From Candidatus Latescibacterota bacterium (GTDB lineage Bacteria; Krumholzibacteriota; Krumholzibacteriia; WVZY01): 64,000 bases of DNA. The notes below the pieces were generated by a model, which saw only the letters and a program-made list of their open reading frames with translations, ran no database searches and was not told the DNA's origin. This document shows, piece by piece, positions 60,099 to 64,000 of the stretch. The stretch lies in assembly GCA_963791045.1 (NCBI GenBank), contig CAWBQK010000015.1:1-64000 (forward strand), in the 5' to 3' direction. Both the position numbers and the translations under genes were made by a program. How positions within the stretch are numbered: the first letter of the stretch is position 1; each line of letters opens with the position of its first letter.

Positions 60099-60167
60099 TT
60101 AAATTCTCCGATGTCCGGCCGCCACACGGCCGCCGCGACGTCATAACAATGTCCGGACCGCCAACCC

Positions 60168-61379
60168 TCACACGGTGCTTCCGCTTGGGTCGCAAAGCGC
60201 GGCGACGCCCGGAAGCTCCTTGCCCTCCATAAACTCGAGCGACGCTCCGCCACCGGTCGATATATGCGTATACTTGTCGGCGATCCCCATCAAGTTGATC
60301 GCGGCGACACTGTCCCCGCCCCCCACGATCGATACGGCGCCCTTCGATGTCGCGTCCGCCACGGCTCTTGCGATCTCCTTGGTCCCTTCGGCAAACCGCG
60401 GTTTTTCGAAGATACCCATCGGACCATTCCAGAAAATGGTCCCGGCCCCAGCGAGCGACTGTTTGAAGAGCTCGATCGACTTGGGACCTATATCGACGCC
60501 AAGCCAGTCCTCGGGGATATCGGCACTGGACACCTCGCGGGTTGGTGAGGCCTCGTCTATTTCGGTCGCCACGATGCAGTCGACGGGCAGAAGGAGTTTC
60601 GACGGCCCTGACCTCGAACTCTCGAGCAGTTCCTTGCACATCGACAAATAACTATCGTCGACAATACTCTTCCCGATCTCAAGCCCCGTCGCTTTGAAAA
60701 AGGTAAACATCATACCGCCGCCGACTAGAAGCACGTCGACCCTGGACATCAACGACTGGATAAGATTGATCTTCCCTTTTATCTTCGCTCCTCCGAGCAC
60801 GGCGACGAACGGCCGCACCGGGTTCTCGAGCGCGTTTCCCAGCGCCTCAAGCTCATTCTCCATGAGACAGCCGGCAGCGCGGACGTCAAAAAATTCTCCG
60901 ACACCAACCGTGGAAGCGTGGGCCCTGTGGGCGGCCCCGAACGCGTCGTTCACATAAACATCACCCAGCGACGCGAGCTCCCGGGAAAACTCGGGATCGT
61001 TGGCCTCTTCCCCGGGGTAGAAACGGAGATTCTCCAGCAAGAGAATTTCTCCGTCGTTCAATTGATCGACTTTGTGCCGCACCTCTTCGCCGATGCAGTC
61101 CTTCACGAATTTGACCGGGCTGTCGATCAGCTTTCCGAGGTGAAACGCGACGGGCGCCAGGCTAAGCTGATCATCCCGCTTGCCCCTGGGCCGTCCCAGA
61201 TGGCTTGCCAGAATCAGACGGCCTCCCCGTTCGACGATATTTTTGATTGTCGGCAGCGCCGCCACGATCCTCGTATCATCCGTGATGTTCCGGTCCCGGT
61301 CAAAAGGGACATTGAAATCAACACGCATAAATACGCGTTTACCCGTGACGTCGCAGTCACGAACGCTGAGTTTTTTCAT
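60168..61379 (-). CDS. pgk: Phosphoglycerate kinase
   Basis: RVDFNVP, SHLGRP, LENLRF, DAFGAAHRAH, WNGPMG, STGGGASLE. Confidence 0.97.
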   Translation of the reverse strand: MKKLSVRDCDVTGKRVFMRVDFNVPFDRDRNITDDTRIVAALPTIKNIVERGGRLILASHLGRPRGKRDDQLSLAPVAFHLGKLIDSPVKFVKDCIGEEVRHKVDQLNDGEILLLENLRFYPGEEANDPEFSRELASLGDVYVNDAFGAAHRAHASTVGVGEFFDVRAAGCLMENELEALGNALENPVRPFVAVLGGAKIKGKINLIQSLMSRVDVLLVGGGMMFTFFKATGLEIGKSIVDDSYLSMCKELLESSRSGPSKLLLPVDCIVATEIDEASPTREVSSADIPEDWLGVDIGPKSIELFKQSLAGAGTIFWNGPMGIFEKPRFAEGTKEIARAVADATSKGAVSIVGGGDSVAAINLMGIADKYTHISTGGGASLEFMEGKELPGVAALCDPSGSTV

Positions 61380-61391
61380 TTCCTCTCACAC

Positions 61392-62390
61392 TCACTTAAC
61401 GAGAAGTCTGAGCATGTCGACCATCCGGGCCGAGTAACCAAACTCGTTGTCGTACCACGACAACACCTTGAACATATTCCTGCCGACGCTCATTGTCGCT
61501 TTGGCGTCGAATATCGACGAGTGATTGTTGCCGATGATATCCACCGATACGATTTCGTCTTCGGTGTACTCGAGAATGCCTTTGAGGGGCCCATTCGCCG
61601 CTTTCTTCATCATCTTGTTGATCTCTTCAACGGTCGTCTTTTTCTTCAACGTCACCGTCAAATCGACGACCGAACCGTTCGAAACGGGAACTCTGACGGC
61701 CATTCCATCGAGCTTGCCGGCCACTTCGGGCATTACCTTGCTGACGGCGCGCGCCGCCCCCGTCGTCGTCGGAATCATCGATACCGCGGCCGCACGGGCA
61801 CGCCGGAGATCCTTGTGCGGACTATCCAGGATCACCTGATCGTTTGTATAAGCATGGATCGTCGTCATCAACCCTTGGGTGATTTCAAAATTGTCGTTCA
61901 AGACTTTTGCTACGGGTGCAAGACAGTTTGTCGTACATGACGCGGTCGAGATGATGTGGTGTTTGCGTTTGTTGTATTTCTTGTGATTGACACCAACGAC
62001 AATCATCATGTCGGCGTCCCCCGACGGAGCGGAAATCATAACTTTTTTCGCGCCGGCATCGATGTGCTTGCTCGCGAGTTCGTGGCTCTTGAAATAACCC
62101 GTGGACTCGATAACGACATCCACTCCCAACTTCCCCCACGGAAGATTCGCCGGATCTTTTTCCTTCAATACTTTCAATGTACGGTTACCGACCTTAATGC
62201 CGCCTTTGACCGCTTTGACTTCGGCCGGGAAACGCCCGTGCACCGAATCGTACTTGAGCAGATGCGCGAGCACGTCAGGACTTGTGAGATCGTTTACCGC
62301 TACAAATTCGATCGATCTGTCTTTGAAGCCGTGACGAAACACCAATCGTCCGATACGACCAAAACCGTTGATAGCTACCTTGATCGCCAT
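61392..62390 (-). CDS. gap: Type I glyceraldehyde-3-phosphate dehydrogenase
   Basis: INGFGRIGR, ASCTTNCL, WYDNE. Confidence 0.97.
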   Translation of the reverse strand: MAIKVAINGFGRIGRLVFRHGFKDRSIEFVAVNDLTSPDVLAHLLKYDSVHGRFPAEVKAVKGGIKVGNRTLKVLKEKDPANLPWGKLGVDVVIESTGYFKSHELASKHIDAGAKKVMISAPSGDADMMIVVGVNHKKYNKRKHHIISTASCTTNCLAPVAKVLNDNFEITQGLMTTIHAYTNDQVILDSPHKDLRRARAAAVSMIPTTTGAARAVSKVMPEVAGKLDGMAVRVPVSNGSVVDLTVTLKKKTTVEEINKMMKKAANGPLKGILEYTEDEIVSVDIIGNNHSSIFDAKATMSVGRNMFKVLSWYDNEFGYSARMVDMLRLLVK

Positions 62391-62572
62391 CGAAACCTCC
62401 CTGCTTAACGTTCATCCGTTTATTCGGCAAGAAAGAAGGGTTCCTGTGGATCGACCACTAAGAACCTCCACAACATAACAAAACTTTTTTCAAATCGAAT
62501 CCTTGAAAAACCCCCCGGCCGACTGGTTCATACCCAGCCCGCGCGGGGGCGTTAGCGCCGCTTGAGATTGAG

Positions 62573-62601
62573 ATGATAACCAGCGCGGAGGGCCGTGTCA
62601 A
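62573..62601 (-). promoter_or_regulatory. Sigma70-type promoter for gap-pgk-tpiA
   Basis: TTGACA-N17-TATCAT. Confidence 0.7.
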
Positions 62602-62610
62602 GTCCAAGGG

Positions 62611-63537
62611 CTACAAAGCTCTACCGAAACAAACCACCGTGACCGCACCGGCCCCGGCGGCGAGCAGCGTCGCCGCGCAGGCCGCGGCCGTCGCCCCGGT
62701 GGTCACCAGGTCGTCGACGAGGAGCACACTCGTGCCGGAGATATTCGCCCCGCACGAGAACACGCCGCGGACGTTGTCCGCGCGCTTACCCGTCTTCGTT
62801 CTCGACTGAGGCCGCGTGGGGGCGGTTTTTCGAAGACTCACCGTGTCGAGCGGCAAGTCGATCACCTCCGCGATCCGGTGCGCAAACCGCTCTGACTGGT
62901 TGAAACCACGCCGTTTCAGTCCCCGCGCGTCCATCGGCACGGGGACGATAACGGCCCCGTCACCGGGAGCCGGTCCAAATTGGCCGATCGCCCAAAGGAT
63001 TGCCTCCGCCACGGGCCGCGCGAGGGCCTCGTACCGGCCAAACTTCACTAAGTGTATTATTTGCAACACATTATCATCTACCATATATGGAGAAATCACC
63101 CTGATTGGCGGTCCGGACGGCGCCACCCGTCCCCGTACCACTGCTGAGCCGTCCCCGGCAAAAACCTCGCCCCGCTGAGTCACAACAGTATGGGGCCCCG
63201 CTTGATAGCCCAGCTCGCCCGCCATCAGCGCCACCGGGAGCCGCCCGGCACACGCCGCGCACACAGGATGATTCGTAATTTCCAGGAGACCGCGGAGGAC
63301 CCGGTGGCGAACCGCTCCCGCAAGGAATTTTCCCGGTCCCGCCGTGCTACAAAGAAACCCCGGTTTGTGGCACAGGACACAAACATCATCGATGGCGAAA
63401 TCGAGGACCGAACTCGCCAGAGAACCGGCGATCCTTGCCGCTTTCCGCGGAAACCCGCTGATGTCTCTTGTGAAAAACCGGCGGAAGCGCCGGCCTGAAT
63501 TCCGGAGTGGCCCGACCCGGCCCGGCGTATCATCCAC
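62611..63537 (-). CDS. ComF family phosphoribosyltransferase-like protein
   Basis: CxxC zinc motifs, VPVP...RRGFNQS, VLLVDDLVTTGAT. Start uncertain. Confidence 0.85.
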   Translation of the reverse strand: MDDTPGRVGPLRNSGRRFRRFFTRDISGFPRKAARIAGSLASSVLDFAIDDVCVLCHKPGFLCSTAGPGKFLAGAVRHRVLRGLLEITNHPVCAACAGRLPVALMAGELGYQAGPHTVVTQRGEVFAGDGSAVVRGRVAPSGPPIRVISPYMVDDNVLQIIHLVKFGRYEALARPVAEAILWAIGQFGPAPGDGAVIVPVPMDARGLKRRGFNQSERFAHRIAEVIDLPLDTVSLRKTAPTRPQSRTKTGKRADNVRGVFSCGANISGTSVLLVDDLVTTGATAAACAATLLAAGAGAVTVVCFGRAL

Positions 63538-63576
63538 ACCCATCACCTCCCACCAAATCACCGCGCGGGAAATCAA

Positions 63577-64000
63577 TCAGACCATGACAGATTTGTCGGA
63601 GGTCTTCCGCACGAGAAGATACAAACCGACCGCGAACATCCCGACGCTTAGCAACTGATTGAGCGTCAAGCCAAACGCGACTCTCATGCTCTCTTCATAG
63701 ACACGCGTAAAATCGAGACCAAAACGGGCGATGCCGTAACTTAAACACAGCAGCCCAAACGTAGCCCCACGCTTCGTCAATCGCTTCTGAAGAACGAGAA
63801 TGATGACAAGCGTGATCAACCCGCAAAAGGACGAGTACAGTTGGGAGGGATGGAGTCCGATGCGGTCGAGCCCGAGGGCGAGAGCCGCGTCGTGCGCGTA
63901 GCTCCCCGCCGGCGAATCCAGCGGAAAATAAACGCCCCACGAATGCGTTGTCTCTTTGCCAAAACAGCACCCGCTCAAGAAACAGCCAATACGCGTCGTC
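63577..64000 (-). CDS. lgt: Prolipoprotein diacylglyceryl transferase (5' part outside the window)
   Basis: RIGCFLSGCCFG, HPSQLY, YGIARF..DF.R, LNQ. Confidence 0.85.
   Translation of the reverse strand, partial: TTRIGCFLSGCCFGKETTHSWGVYFPLDSPAGSYAHDAALALGLDRIGLHPSQLYSSFCGLITLVIILVLQKRLTKRGATFGLLCLSYGIARFGLDFTRVYEESMRVAFGLTLNQLLSVGMFAVGLYLLVRKTSDKSVMV

Overview
This window does not look like one continuous genome. It appears to be three joined pieces. (1) About 1-3253 is heavily degraded DNA holding remnants of an LpxL-type acyltransferase, a receiver-GGDEF protein, possibly glmU, and glmS. (2) About 3255-8109 is AT-rich, Bacteroidetes/Flavobacteria-like DNA: a truncated START-domain gene, a sulfotransferase, a stand-alone T9SS CTD protein, two tandem paralogous exported proteins and a truncated ABC exporter. 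About 50 bp of unassigned sequence follows it. (3) About 8160-64000 is GC-rich DNA from an FCB-superphylum-like organism. The PNPFNP/FlgD-Ig C-terminal domains suggest Latescibacterota/Krumholzibacteriota, which is an inference. Segment 3 carries acpS, a tolQ-tolR-tolA-tolB-pal-cpoB operon that continues into two CNNM genes and a DUF1611 + enolase-superfamily epimerase pair (DgcN/DgcA-like), a DUF4384 protein, an ECF/anti-sigma/YbjQ/MBL operon, a GT-C glycosyltransferase and an M3 peptidase. It also carries rtcB, cutA, a ThiI-like gene, peptide ABC genes, trxA, a Usp, a two-subunit RND pump, a rhomboid protease, a MATE transporter, tRNA-Leu(GAG), secG, tpiA, pgk, gap, comF and lgt. The best candidate for an undescribed system is at 26.9-34.6 kb. 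There a membrane-anchored TPR-CHAT (caspase-like) protease is divergent from an atypical ECF sigma factor and a zf-HC2/TM/TPR anti-sigma factor, next to a large secreted beta-propeller protein. This resembles a CRISPR-independent, Craspase-like protease/anti-sigma/sigma signalling module. I saw no CRISPR array, rRNA or mobile element. All calls come from motif recognition by eye, and no database searches were run.
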